Part shown: piece after piece, positions 42,661-53,022 of the stretch
Position numbering within the stretch: position 1 is the first letter of the stretch
Layout: each line of letters opens with the position of its first letter
From: Patescibacteria group bacterium
GTDB taxonomy: Bacteria > Patescibacteriota > UBA1384 > XYA2-FULL-43-10
NCBI GenBank assembly: GCA_041674405.1
Contig: JBAYVT010000004.1
Coordinates: 74,599-138,598 of the forward strand
Reading direction: 5' to 3'
Length of the DNA: 64,000 nucleotides
The notes under the pieces: generated by a model
The model's database searches: none
Told to the model about the DNA's origin: nothing
What the model saw: only the letters and a program-made list of their open reading frames with translations
Made by a program: the position numbers and the translations under genes

Positions 42661-44818
42661 AGTACGAATAATGCTTCTGCCGCTTTCTGTGCTTGCTTTT
42701 ATGTTGCTGCTTTTTTGGCCGTACCGACATGGTATTGGCAACTATTGGGATTGGACTGTCCCATATTTCAATTTGAATTTTTGGGATGCTATTCTTGGCA
42801 AGCTGTTGATATGGCAAGGCATTACATTTGGCCAGTCGCTGCCATACAATTCTGGCATGTATTGGCAACTTGTACTGAGCGCAATATATTCAATACGGAT
42901 TCCGACCGAATATCTTGTCTACCTCGGCCTTTCGTTTTTTGGTTTTTTTACGATCTGGATCGTTTGGAAGACATGCAAACCCAAGAAGGAAAAGATCAAT
43001 TTTCTCTATTTGCTCATCGCAATGGCCTCATTCCTTAATCCGGCCATTTACTACAAGCTATTGGCCGGCCATATGAACTATTATTTTTCTTTTCTTTTGT
43101 TTGTTGTTTTAATTTACTATCTTCTTAAAAAATTTAAACCGACATTAAAACATTATCTTGTGTTGGCAATTATTCTGGCATTTGTCGGAGCCCAGATTCA
43201 ATTCTTTCTTTTTGCCATTCTGGCCCTGCTGGTTTATTTTATTGTTTATCGCGAGAGATTCCGTTGGAAGTTCGCCATATGGACTGCTGTGATTGCTTTT
43301 TTCATAAACTTGCCATGGATGGTGAATATTTTTTTTGGCGTGAATAATGTAAGCCAAATTTCCGGTATCGCTGGGAGTGAATCTTTTTCTGCAGCAATGT
43401 TTACGAACCCTGCTAGAATTTTTGCGATGGTTTTTGCCCCCGCCACAAACATTCAATACGCTTTCCCCAAAATTGCATTTGGTTTTTTTGCCGTATTTAG
43501 TTTGGTTTTAGTATCATCAATTATTATTTTCTTCGCAAAAAGAAAATATGTTGGCCAAAGGGGGAAAGACGCGATTTTCATCATCATTCTTTGGGCAATT
43601 TTTGTTTTTCTCTGTACTGGATTATTTAACTATTTGAAAATTCCATACGTGCAGGATTTGTATCCGCTTTTACGCGAGTCTGGCCATTTTGCCCCACTCA
43701 TTCTTCTAACCGGTTTGCTTGCCTTGGCGTTTATTTGGGATGAATTGAGGCCTGCTAAATTGATAAAAAGCTTGCTTATTGTGTATATGGCGCTGTTTAT
43801 TATTATTAATTTTTATACTTTTTATCGCTATCTTCCAAAGGTCAATTATGCCTTGGCGCGTGAGAGTTTTTCCCAAACCAAAACTTATCTGGATGATGAG
43901 GTTGGCGCATTTAACGTTGCTGAATACCCATTTTGGAATCAGTACGGATTTGTGGGCCAAGAAATTGATGTTGTGCAAGAAAAACAGATCAACCAGAGCG
44001 GCTGGGATAGTTTTATCCTCTATTCCGGGCAAGATTTCTTGTCGAATTATCATGATGGTGGAAAAAATATCAATGATTCTTTTCAATACGCCATTTTAAA
44101 AAATAATGCCCTGGAGAAACTTCGAAGCCATAATATTAAATATCTTCTTGATTTTTCCTCCATTTATAAGAGCAATTATGGTTTTTATACCTCGCCTGAT
44201 AGATATGAGAGCAACCCAAGCTTACTCAATAATCCCAATTTTGTTCCCTCGCTTCTGGCTGAAAACCAGCAGGAAATTAATAAAGTTTCGGAAAACGTTT
44301 ATGAAATCAAAAATAGTCTTCCTAGAATTTATGGCGACGGGGTAACATTCAAACGTGTCAACTCCACAGAATACAAAATTCAAATCAAAAATCTCAAAGA
44401 TTCAACACCCCTGTATTTTTTGGATAATTACAATAATGGATGGAAGATATATTTAAGTGAAAGCAAAGGTTCTCTTTGTTCAAATCCAACTAATTTTTCC
44501 GCCCAGAAAACGAGTGAATGCCAGTCAAAAGATCAAATTGATTTAACTGCCCTCGGTTACCTTCGATCGCCTTCGTTTGCAAACAGCACGCACAAAATGA
44601 TTTCCGGATATGCAAATAGTTGGAATTTCAGCATCTCTGAATTGAAAAATAATCCCGATTATAAAAAATATGCCACAGAAAATTCTGATGGCACTATCGA
44701 TCTAACACTTACTTTGTTGTTTTTGCCACAGGTTTACTACTATGTTGGAATGGCCGTAAGCCTAATGGCAATTCTAGCCGTGGTTTTTATGGTAGTTTTT
44801 CTCAAGCCCCAGGATTAG
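42644..44818 (+). CDS. Large polytopic GT-C-like membrane protein. Paralog 3 of 3.
   Basis: Same architecture. The C-terminus has ...NNGWKIYLSESKG...SGYANSWNF... and the TM anchor YYYVGMAVSLMAILAVVFMVVF. Confidence 0.5.
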   Translation: MQKQSRVRIMLLPLSVLAFMLLLFWPYRHGIGNYWDWTVPYFNLNFWDAILGKLLIWQGITFGQSLPYNSGMYWQLVLSAIYSIRIPTEYLVYLGLSFFGFFTIWIVWKTCKPKKEKINFLYLLIAMASFLNPAIYYKLLAGHMNYYFSFLLFVVLIYYLLKKFKPTLKHYLVLAIILAFVGAQIQFFLFAILALLVYFIVYRERFRWKFAIWTAVIAFFINLPWMVNIFFGVNNVSQISGIAGSESFSAAMFTNPARIFAMVFAPATNIQYAFPKIAFGFFAVFSLVLVSSIIIFFAKRKYVGQRGKDAIFIIILWAIFVFLCTGLFNYLKIPYVQDLYPLLRESGHFAPLILLTGLLALAFIWDELRPAKLIKSLLIVYMALFIIINFYTFYRYLPKVNYALARESFSQTKTYLDDEVGAFNVAEYPFWNQYGFVGQEIDVVQEKQINQSGWDSFILYSGQDFLSNYHDGGKNINDSFQYAILKNNALEKLRSHNIKYLLDFSSIYKSNYGFYTSPDRYESNPSLLNNPNFVPSLLAENQQEINKVSENVYEIKNSLPRIYGDGVTFKRVNSTEYKIQIKNLKDSTPLYFLDNYNNGWKIYLSESKGSLCSNPTNFSAQKTSECQSKDQIDLTALGYLRSPSFANSTHKMISGYANSWNFSISELKNNPDYKKYATENSDGTIDLTLTLLFLPQVYYYVGMAVSLMAILAVVFMVVFLKPQD

Positions 44819-46052
44819 TAGCTTTGGCGATGGAATTTAGTGTTTTTGGATAGATATAGAATTTTGTCTTGGCTTTGTTCTTTTTGCTTGCATAATTTAT
44901 TGCGTCATTGATATCGGAGAAGCACTTAAACGGGGTATTTTCAAAAAGTTTCTGGTTGCCCGAAACAAAGACAATATCGTATTTACGAAGATGTTTTAAA
45001 ACCATGTATGTTCTGTGCCCACCCGCTTTGAAGCCCACCTTTTTGATATGGGATAAAAATTCCGCTGGATCCTTGATGGACCTAAGGTCTTTGTAAAACC
45101 GAATTTCGCCAATTCCGTTCCCGGCACCCTCTGATAGCTCCGCAGCTATAATCAAACAACCGCCGGTTTTTATAATCGGATTTTCAACGTCGAGTAAATA
45201 ATTTATTACCCTAGAGGCCTGATACAGGTTTGAATCCTTGGGAAACCCCAAACCGCAAATGGCCGCATCGGCCACACCATCTACTGATAATATAAAATTC
45301 TCTTTTACAAACTTGATCCCATCCTTGTAAACCTTTTCAAGCTGGCCGGAAAAGCACTTTAGAAGATTTCCCTGGGCATCATTCACCAAATTAATTGAGT
45401 AATCGATTTTTATTGGTTTGATAATTTCCCAAAGAGTTTGATGAAAAGGATTCGACTCGGTCTCGCAAAGTTTTGTGTTCTCATCTCCAAGAAATTTAAG
45501 GCTATGGGTTGCATTTATTGTCGGTTCTCCGGCGCAACCTATCGCGATTGTTTTTGGGCCGCCGCTAAAGCCGGCATATAGATGAGGCTCAATTACCCCT
45601 ATCGTCATAATAAAATCATGGTTTAACAACAATTTGTTTAAAACAATTGGGACCCCCAAGGATGTAACACCCAGATTTTTGTGTGTTTTTTTGTCTTGTG
45701 TATGAGAAATAATCCGATATCTCTCTGCAATTTCTTGCCCGAACATCTCGTTTATTTGCTCTTTGTCCTGGGCTTTATGCAGGCCCGTTGCAATCAATAT
45801 CTCTACTTCACAACCAGTTTTTTCAAACATCGGCAAAACTGCTTCCAAAATTTCATTAAGATGGGCCTTGCGCGTAATGTCAGGCACTACAATCAGTGCT
45901 TTTTTCCTGCCCTGGATTATATTTTCCAAATCGGTAAAATCGGTTTTTGTATCCGCGATTTTTGATGGGCCCAGAGGCTTGATTATGCCAAGGAGATTTT
46001 TGCCTGAAAGGTTTACAGAAACTTGTTTTTTACCATAAGAAATATAGTGCAT
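44802..46052 (-). CDS. LarA-like protein (DUF2088; lactate-racemase family of nickel-pincer-nucleotide-dependent racemases/epimerases).
   Basis: ...ALIVVPDITRKAHLNEILEAV... (D.TR motif) and ...IEPHLYAGFSGGPKTIAIG... (the LarA HxxAGFSGG.K block), with a length of about 416 aa. No larB/C/E is present in the window. Confidence 0.55.
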   Translation of the reverse strand: MHYISYGKKQVSVNLSGKNLLGIIKPLGPSKIADTKTDFTDLENIIQGRKKALIVVPDITRKAHLNEILEAVLPMFEKTGCEVEILIATGLHKAQDKEQINEMFGQEIAERYRIISHTQDKKTHKNLGVTSLGVPIVLNKLLLNHDFIMTIGVIEPHLYAGFSGGPKTIAIGCAGEPTINATHSLKFLGDENTKLCETESNPFHQTLWEIIKPIKIDYSINLVNDAQGNLLKCFSGQLEKVYKDGIKFVKENFILSVDGVADAAICGLGFPKDSNLYQASRVINYLLDVENPIIKTGGCLIIAAELSEGAGNGIGEIRFYKDLRSIKDPAEFLSHIKKVGFKAGGHRTYMVLKHLRKYDIVFVSGNQKLFENTPFKCFSDINDAINYASKKNKAKTKFYIYPKTLNSIAKATNPGA

Positions 46053-46074
46053 TTATAACTCTAGTGTTAAATAT

Positions 46075-46881
46075 TTACAGGGTTTTGAATAATTTATATG
46101 GCCAACGGATGATGCGCATTATCAGTGTGGCCAGCCTTCCATTGTGTTTATACCAAAAATACGTTTGTGATCTGTAATAATATTTCTTGCGGGCGCTGCT
46201 AGTTTTTATGCTTCTTCCTTCTAAGTGAATAATCTTGGCAGAATTCAAAACTGCGTTTTGGTACCCAACGTCCGAGAGGCGTTTGCAAAGATCATCATCT
46301 TCTAAATACATAAATATGTTTCTGTCGAAACCACCTACGTCCTCAAATTTCTTACGTTCAAGCATCATGGCGGCACCAACTACGATATCAGCAGTAAAGT
46401 ACTCTTTTGAAAAATCAATCTTATGGTCGTTGTAACGGCGGATAGTTACGGAACCGAGATTTTGAAATGATGCAAAAAAGTTTTTTTGAATTATTCCGTC
46501 CTCATGATATAGGAGCGGCGATAGGGCACCAATTTTGGGATGTTTATCTAGAAAAGAAACCATTTTTGATGGAGAGTCATCCGTCAGAAGAGTGTCCGAG
46601 TTCAAAAACCACAGATATTTTCCTTTAGCATCTTTTGCGCCTAAGTTATTCCCCTTACCAAAACCAAGATTGGTTTTTGAAAAAATGACCTTGATTTTTT
46701 CAGGAGGCAGTAATTTGCGGAGTTTTACTGAATCTATCTTTGACTTGTCGCCGGATCCGTTGTCGACAACTATTACCTCGTAATTTAGCCGGACATATTT
46801 TGCAATTGTTCGCAAAGAATCCTGTACCAGATCAGGCGTGTTGTAATTTATCATGACAATTGAGAGTTCCGGCGTTTTCAT
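46075..46881 (-). CDS. GT2 glycosyltransferase.
   Basis: LSIVMINYNTPDL... and ...VVDNGSGD...; GT-A fold. Confidence 0.65.
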   Translation of the reverse strand: MKTPELSIVMINYNTPDLVQDSLRTIAKYVRLNYEVIVVDNGSGDKSKIDSVKLRKLLPPEKIKVIFSKTNLGFGKGNNLGAKDAKGKYLWFLNSDTLLTDDSPSKMVSFLDKHPKIGALSPLLYHEDGIIQKNFFASFQNLGSVTIRRYNDHKIDFSKEYFTADIVVGAAMMLERKKFEDVGGFDRNIFMYLEDDDLCKRLSDVGYQNAVLNSAKIIHLEGRSIKTSSARKKYYYRSQTYFWYKHNGRLATLIMRIIRWPYKLFKTL

Positions 46882-46901
46882 AACGTTTGTTGGGGATTCG
46901 A

Positions 46902-47852
46902 TTAGAAAAAACCCATTAATTTATCCATATAACGAAAAGATACCTTGCGTTCGCGCAGAATTTTCTTTCGCTTTTCAATCATTTTTCCATGCTCGCTGAT
47001 ACATGTTTTGACGGCCCAGATATATTCAGTGAAATATCCTTTTACGATTGCTGCTGCTAAAAATCGGAGCTCAGAAAGCAGAATCAGGGGGGAATAAATA
47101 ATTATTCTGCTCAAAGGAAAATTTTTGTACATCACATGCCAGCGGTTTTTATTGATGTATTTAAACACAAACCCAGATTTTTTGCCTGCAGAAGCAGACC
47201 CCATGTGATAGATTATGGCACCTGGCACAAAGAGGCATTTAAATCCTGCATATTGGGCCCTTAAGCTGATATCAACGTCCTCTAGATACATAAAGAAATC
47301 TTCGTCAAATAAACCGATTTTTTCAAATAGCGCTTTTCTGTATACGGAAGCTCCTGCGCAGGCACCAAAAACATATTTTTCAGAATCAAAGTTTTCGTTG
47401 TTTTTTTCGTATTTTCCGATATTATACGCCCGCCCCCACCAGTTCATCGCATCTCCGGCGGCGGCGATAATTTCGCGGTGATAATAATCAATCATTTTAG
47501 AAGCAAAAAACCCCGCTTCGGGATGATTTTTGGCTGCCACATACATCTCTGAAACCCAATTTTCATCAACTTCGGTGTCGTTATTTATGAGCCCGATTAA
47601 TTCTGAATTTGCAGCCTTAATTCCCACGTTGACTGCTATTGAAAAACCGCAATTTTCTTTAAGTTTGATGAGTTTTACTTGTTTGTATTTTTTGATTATT
47701 GTTTCAGATTGGTCGCCGGATCCATTGTCCACGACAATAATTTCAATATTGTTTTCCGACTGATGGAGCAATGAATCCAGGCATTTTGATAGAAATTTCT
47801 CTCCGTTCCAATTGGGAATAACAATGCTTAGTTTTACTTTTTGAGTTTGCAA
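46902..47852 (-). CDS. GT2 glycosyltransferase.
   Basis: LSIVIPNWNGEKFL... and ...VVDNGSGDQS... DxD. Confidence 0.65.
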   Translation of the reverse strand: MQTQKVKLSIVIPNWNGEKFLSKCLDSLLHQSENNIEIIVVDNGSGDQSETIIKKYKQVKLIKLKENCGFSIAVNVGIKAANSELIGLINNDTEVDENWVSEMYVAAKNHPEAGFFASKMIDYYHREIIAAAGDAMNWWGRAYNIGKYEKNNENFDSEKYVFGACAGASVYRKALFEKIGLFDEDFFMYLEDVDISLRAQYAGFKCLFVPGAIIYHMGSASAGKKSGFVFKYINKNRWHVMYKNFPLSRIIIYSPLILLSELRFLAAAIVKGYFTEYIWAVKTCISEHGKMIEKRKKILRERKVSFRYMDKLMGFF

Positions 47853-47867
47853 TCTGTTTGTTCCGTA

Positions 47868-49286
47868 TTACGACTTTAATATTTCTCGAAAGGTCTGTGG
47901 CTTGACAACATTAAATAGGTATAACAACAGAAAATATAAGGCGACTACGACTGGAATGAGTATGAGAAAATTCAAGTGGCTCTGTTTGCTTAGAAATCCG
48001 ACAACCAAAGCAAGGAAAGCCGCCAAGAGCACCTTGAAAATTAATCGGAAATTAAATCGATATCCGACAATTTTCTGGGTGTAGTGAGCATTGATCAAGA
48101 GGAGCAACAACTCGGAAACAACGGTGGTAACGGCGGCGCCAATAAATGAGAAGAGGGGAATAAAAATCAGGTTAGCTATAAGATTAAACGATAAAATAAA
48201 AATCGAAATTTTTATCAACAATTTTCTCTCATCATTGGCAAGGAGAATTTCGCCAAGCAAATTATCAAAATATATTAAGGGCAAAGCAAAGGACAAAATC
48301 ATCAAAGCCCAACTTCCAGATAGAAAATCTGCATTACTGAGAAACAATATTATTTCCTTGGAAAACACAACGCAGGTTATTGTCAGAGGCATAGCAACTG
48401 CCAGCATAATAGTAATTGATTTCTCAATAATGTTCCCAACCGATGCTTTGTTACTCTGGATGTTTTGAGAAATGGCTGGTTTGAGCGCTGAGGAAAAATA
48501 TGACCCGATAAAAGCTGTGACTTCCAAAACTTTGTAAGCAACTGTGTAGATACCGACAGCAACACTGCCCTTGATAGCAAAAAGTAGCAAGGTGTCCAGT
48601 TTGAAATAAAGATTATTAATGATAAATACAATTCCTAGCGGCCAAGAGAGCGATAGTATCCAATTTGAAATTTGCCGATCATATTTTGGCACAAAGCTAG
48701 TAAATTTTATTGAGAACAGCCATTTAAAGATATAAATAAGCACGCCGGTAAGAGCGACAGTCGAGACAACCCAAAGGAAGCTGCCATGCATTCGTATAAT
48801 CACATACAAAGCGATAATTGCGGCAAGTTTACTCAAAAATTCGGCTGTAGCCGAATATTGCATCTTGAGGCGATATTGCAAAACAATATCATAAATGCTT
48901 CCTAGTAAATTGAAAAGCAAAAAACCCGTCGCGATCAAAACGCCCAATTTTATATTGAAATTGTATTTTGTAGCAAATACGAGCGCTGACGCAATAATAC
49001 AGGCAAGAAGCGCAGATACGAGCCTGATTAAAAAAACATTTGATAAGATTTTCTTTTCGTTATTGGGATTTTTAGCGATTTCCCTAACCGCTACAGAGAA
49101 CAAACCCAGATCGGCAATTACAATAAAAAAATTGATATAAGTCGTTATTGTGTTATATTCACCAACACCGGCTGTGCCCAGATAATTGGTTAAAAGCTTG
49201 ATCGAAACCAACGTAAAAACCAAAGTAACCAACCTTACGGTCACTTGGGATACGGTATTTATAAATACGGCTTTTTTATCAAACAT
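47868..49286 (-). CDS. Wzx-like flippase of the MOP superfamily (second copy in the locus).
   Basis: About 12-14 TM helices, polysaccharide-biosynthesis-protein-like. The start is taken at MFDKKAVF; the tabulated start at 49340 overlaps the upstream gene. Confidence 0.6.
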   Translation of the reverse strand: MFDKKAVFINTVSQVTVRLVTLVFTLVSIKLLTNYLGTAGVGEYNTITTYINFFIVIADLGLFSVAVREIAKNPNNEKKILSNVFLIRLVSALLACIIASALVFATKYNFNIKLGVLIATGFLLFNLLGSIYDIVLQYRLKMQYSATAEFLSKLAAIIALYVIIRMHGSFLWVVSTVALTGVLIYIFKWLFSIKFTSFVPKYDRQISNWILSLSWPLGIVFIINNLYFKLDTLLLFAIKGSVAVGIYTVAYKVLEVTAFIGSYFSSALKPAISQNIQSNKASVGNIIEKSITIMLAVAMPLTITCVVFSKEIILFLSNADFLSGSWALMILSFALPLIYFDNLLGEILLANDERKLLIKISIFILSFNLIANLIFIPLFSFIGAAVTTVVSELLLLLINAHYTQKIVGYRFNFRLIFKVLLAAFLALVVGFLSKQSHLNFLILIPVVVALYFLLLYLFNVVKPQTFREILKS

Positions 49287-49294
49287 TAAATCCC

Positions 49295-51157
49295 TTAACG
49301 AGCCTCTGTATAAACGTGGCCAGTTCCAACAAACTCCCAAATCTTAGTAAGTGCCCCATTGTATCCGTAAAAGGTGAAGGCATTTTCTGATCCATCTCCA
49401 TCAAGATCTAGAAACGCAACATTGTTATTATTGGTTGGGCACCAGTTGCCCTTACCGCTATCAAACCATCTTTCGGAAGTGAGAGTTGCGCCATCCTCGT
49501 GGAATATCCATAATTTCATATATGAATTTCCATAATTATACACTACAGCAATTTCATCCTTACTATCACCATCGATATTTCCTGCGGAAAGCTCATTTCC
49601 AGAACTAAAGGCCCAGCTACCCTTACCGCTATCAAATTTTGAGCTTAAAACAAAAGTCGAACCAGATAGCTTAAAATTCCAGATTCTTGCTTGGGAATTT
49701 CCATAATCATACATTGCTGCGATTTCGGTCTTGCCGTCTCCATCAAAATCACCCGATGTCAGGTTGCCGGTTCGGCCAAATGCCCAATTCCAAATTCCGC
49801 TATCATATTTAACTGATGGAGTTAGCGAACCATCACCATTTGCCTTAAATACCCAAACTTTCATCTGTCCCAAACCATAATCATACATTGCTGCGATTTC
49901 GGTCTTGCCGTCTCCATCAAAATCACCCGCAACAATATTGCTCATACTTGAAAATGACCAATTACCCGGTCCACTATCGAAAAGTTTTTGGGGGCTTAAA
50001 TTTGAGCCGGATTTGACATATGCCCAAATTGCAGTTTGCAGATTGCCGTAATTGTAAGGAATTGCCAATGCGGGATTGCTACCGACGGTGTAGGGCACCG
50101 ACTTTCCTTTGGAACTAAAGAGCCAATTACCGGCACCAGAATCGTATTTTGGCGAAAGGGAAAGAGATTGATAAAAGTTTGCCTCTACGATCGCTCCGTC
50201 TGCCATGGTTTTTTTGCATACGCCGTTATCAATGGTATTGCATCCCGACCAATTGGCGAATTCAGATGCTGGATTATTGACTGCTGTGATAGAAATCGAA
50301 GTATCTTCTGGAATTTGATAATTACAATTTGTGCTCTCGCAATTTGCAGTTGTTCCGCCATAAGAAATATTAACTGATCCCCCGGGAGATACGCGAATCG
50401 TAATTATACTTTCAAAATAGATTTTGTATAGCTTCCAAAAGTTATAATTTCCATTAAAAACATGGGGCGTGTATCTATAAAGCGAAGCTGTTGCCCTGTT
50501 GGCCGGAGTTACGTTATAAGTTCCACTCCAGTCTGAAAAAGCCGTAGTTTGGCCAACTTGATAATCCGAAAATCCGTAATCTTGCGCTCGATACCAATTG
50601 TACCGGAATTGCCATGCTGCCCAGTCAACCTGTTTTGTAAACCCTAGTTTTGTAGGATCGCAACCACCCGAATCAGGACAACCGTAACCCATTGCGTGGG
50701 TAAGAGCGTAATTTACATCTCCATACCCTCCGGAAATTAAACTCTGTTCTTTCTGGAGAGTTGCCAGGATAATGTGAGGACTGACCGTGCCTGTCGTCTG
50801 ATTGATATCCGGAAAATCGGGATACCCATATGGTTTCCAGCCATTTGACCTTGAGTCATATGAATTTCCTTGGGCAGCATCCCAAATTATCTGGGCAGCA
50901 GATCTGCCATTCTCAAAATAGCCGGCAAGATATGATCCTTTCTCATTCAAGAAACGCTGAATTTCTTCAACGCTCATTGAGTCCTTGGCAATGAAAGCGT
51001 CATCCGAAATTAGATTGTTATAATAATGCCCATTTAAAAAATACGATGAAGATGTATCGGAAGCATAGGCATTTTTACTCCCGACATAAAAGATGCCTCC
51101 GATGGTAATAAGGGCCAAAAGGGCAATATTTACAAATTTTTTTCTATTGAACCACAT
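49295..51157 (-). CDS. Secreted FG-GAP/VCBS-like repeat protein.
   Basis: Signal-like MWFNRKKFVNIALLALITIGGIFYVGSKNAYA. Repeated Ca-binding-like blocks: GDFDGDGKTEIAAMYDYG appears twice, NIDGDSKDEIAVVYNYG once, and LDLDGDGSENAF once. The start is uncertain; alternatives are 51193 and 51211. Confidence 0.55.
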   Translation of the reverse strand: MWFNRKKFVNIALLALITIGGIFYVGSKNAYASDTSSSYFLNGHYYNNLISDDAFIAKDSMSVEEIQRFLNEKGSYLAGYFENGRSAAQIIWDAAQGNSYDSRSNGWKPYGYPDFPDINQTTGTVSPHIILATLQKEQSLISGGYGDVNYALTHAMGYGCPDSGGCDPTKLGFTKQVDWAAWQFRYNWYRAQDYGFSDYQVGQTTAFSDWSGTYNVTPANRATASLYRYTPHVFNGNYNFWKLYKIYFESIITIRVSPGGSVNISYGGTTANCESTNCNYQIPEDTSISITAVNNPASEFANWSGCNTIDNGVCKKTMADGAIVEANFYQSLSLSPKYDSGAGNWLFSSKGKSVPYTVGSNPALAIPYNYGNLQTAIWAYVKSGSNLSPQKLFDSGPGNWSFSSMSNIVAGDFDGDGKTEIAAMYDYGLGQMKVWVFKANGDGSLTPSVKYDSGIWNWAFGRTGNLTSGDFDGDGKTEIAAMYDYGNSQARIWNFKLSGSTFVLSSKFDSGKGSWAFSSGNELSAGNIDGDSKDEIAVVYNYGNSYMKLWIFHEDGATLTSERWFDSGKGNWCPTNNNNVAFLDLDGDGSENAFTFYGYNGALTKIWEFVGTGHVYTEAR

Positions 51158-51602
51158 TTTGTAAAATATCCAATTGTGTTTTAAGATCCTCATTGTTTGG
51201 CAATACATCAAGCCCTTGTTCTATCACCTTGATTGCATCCTGTTTTCTTTGAAGGCCAGCCAAAGCTTGTGATTTTCCAATATAAAATTTTGCATCATCT
51301 TGTCTTAATAAAAGCGCTTTATCAAAGTAATCCAGCGCCTGGACATAATTTTTTTGGTTTAAATTTTTCTCTCCCGCTTCGTAAAGAGAATATGGGTCAG
51401 ACTGGTCAATGTTATTTGAACTCTTGGTCTCCTCGGATGTCGCTTGCCCTTTGTTGTCGAAATTGTCGGTTGTGCCAGAATTAGAGTCAATATTCTCACT
51501 GGTTAGATTTTCCTCTTGAGTGCTGGCTGGTGAACTTTCTTCAACCCTAGAATAACGCCAATATCCGATTACGATACCGCACAATACAACAACCAAAATC
51601 AT
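51144..51602 (-). CDS. Membrane-anchored TPR-repeat protein.
   Basis: N-terminal TM helix. TPR-like helices (YVQALDYFDKALLLRQDDAKFYIGKSQALAGL...). Confidence 0.5.
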   Translation of the reverse strand: MILVVVLCGIVIGYWRYSRVEESSPASTQEENLTSENIDSNSGTTDNFDNKGQATSEETKSSNNIDQSDPYSLYEAGEKNLNQKNYVQALDYFDKALLLRQDDAKFYIGKSQALAGLQRKQDAIKVIEQGLDVLPNNEDLKTQLDILQNVVQ

Positions 51603-51735
51603 ACCGACAAATATGATCGTTCTTTTTCTGTTTTGAAAATTAATACTTACTCCTCAATCCCCGTAAAACTGATTCCTACGAAAATATTATACCACAGGTG
51701 TTAAATGCTCGTGAAATCTATGATAAACTTAATTC

Positions 51736-53022
51736 GTGGATAGTAATGTACTAAAAAATAAGATCCTTCCAGTGATAATTTCATCGCTTTTTTTCTTTAT
51801 GCCATTCGAGAGAATTCCCACGATAGAAATCGCCGGCTTTACGGTTAAAATCAGTTATCTGATCGGAGTTGTTTTCATTTTGATTGCAGCTACCGCCGGA
51901 ATTGGCAAACTTTTTTTAAGGCACAGGCTTTCGGCCATTGACTGGTCGCTTCTAATTCTCTGGATTTTTGGTGCGCTTAGCCTTGTTAGGGCAGAAAATT
52001 TGATGCGCAGCCTGGCCACAATCATAATGTGGACATTTGTATTTATCATCTTTTTATTATTATCACGGTATCTAAAAAACAAAAAAATTCTTGCGCAAGC
52101 TGAAAATTGGTTACTTGTCGCAACACTGATCGCTTGTATTTTTGGTATTTATCAATTCGTAGGAGATTCATTGGGCCTCTCGGCAGCATACACCGGGCTT
52201 CGCCTCCGTTATACAAAAGAAATATTGGGTTTTCCTCGGATACAATCATTTGCTCTTGAACCATTGTATTTTGCTAATTTCTTATTTGTGCCGTTGTTTA
52301 TTACAATTCGAAATCATATCCAGTCGGGAGAAAAAGTATTTGGAAAATATTTTTGGTTGGCAACACTTATTTTTGTGAATATAATTTTGTCTGTTTCCCG
52401 GGGTGCATACTTTGCCCTCGCGATCACCATGTTATCTGCCTTGCTGATTTTTTGTTTTAGTTGTGGTCGTAAATATTTAAAACGATTTAGCCATATTATA
52501 ATTGCCGCAGTTTTTGCCCTCGCAATTTCGATCTCTCTTATCGGCATTTTCGATGGAAAAGAACAAATTCTTAGTTTTAAAAACCACGCTTTTATTGATG
52601 ATTCCACAAATGCTGCTTCAGTGGTTGGGAGGCAAAAGGGATATGTTATTGCCTGGAATCAATTTAAGGCAAGCCCTGTTTTTGGCATTGGTATTGGCAA
52701 CTCCGGCATTCTTTCAACGCCGGTGGTAGAGCATGGCGAGACATTTACTTACGGCTCTCTCAATAATGAATATTTAGAAATTCTGTCGGAAACGGGAATA
52801 TTGGGATTTGCCGCATTTATAGGATTCCTCGTTTTTATGTTAGTGCTTATTTTCCGTAGCATAAAGTCAGCAAATGATGATAATAAAACCGATATTGCGT
52901 TGGTCGCTTTAGGTTGTCTGGCAATTTTTATTCAATATAATTTCTTTTCCACCCTTTACATTATTTATATCTGGGCATTCCTTGCGCTCTTAAGGGCCAA
53001 GGCAGAGGAGGCTATGGCATGA
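51736..53022 (+). CDS. O-antigen ligase / Wzy-like polytopic membrane protein (1 of 3 in tandem).
   Basis: About 10-12 TM helices with an O-antigen-ligase-type periplasmic loop region (...SRGAYFALAITML...). Confidence 0.5.
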   Translation: MDSNVLKNKILPVIISSLFFFMPFERIPTIEIAGFTVKISYLIGVVFILIAATAGIGKLFLRHRLSAIDWSLLILWIFGALSLVRAENLMRSLATIIMWTFVFIIFLLLSRYLKNKKILAQAENWLLVATLIACIFGIYQFVGDSLGLSAAYTGLRLRYTKEILGFPRIQSFALEPLYFANFLFVPLFITIRNHIQSGEKVFGKYFWLATLIFVNIILSVSRGAYFALAITMLSALLIFCFSCGRKYLKRFSHIIIAAVFALAISISLIGIFDGKEQILSFKNHAFIDDSTNAASVVGRQKGYVIAWNQFKASPVFGIGIGNSGILSTPVVEHGETFTYGSLNNEYLEILSETGILGFAAFIGFLVFMLVLIFRSIKSANDDNKTDIALVALGCLAIFIQYNFFSTLYIIYIWAFLALLRAKAEEAMA

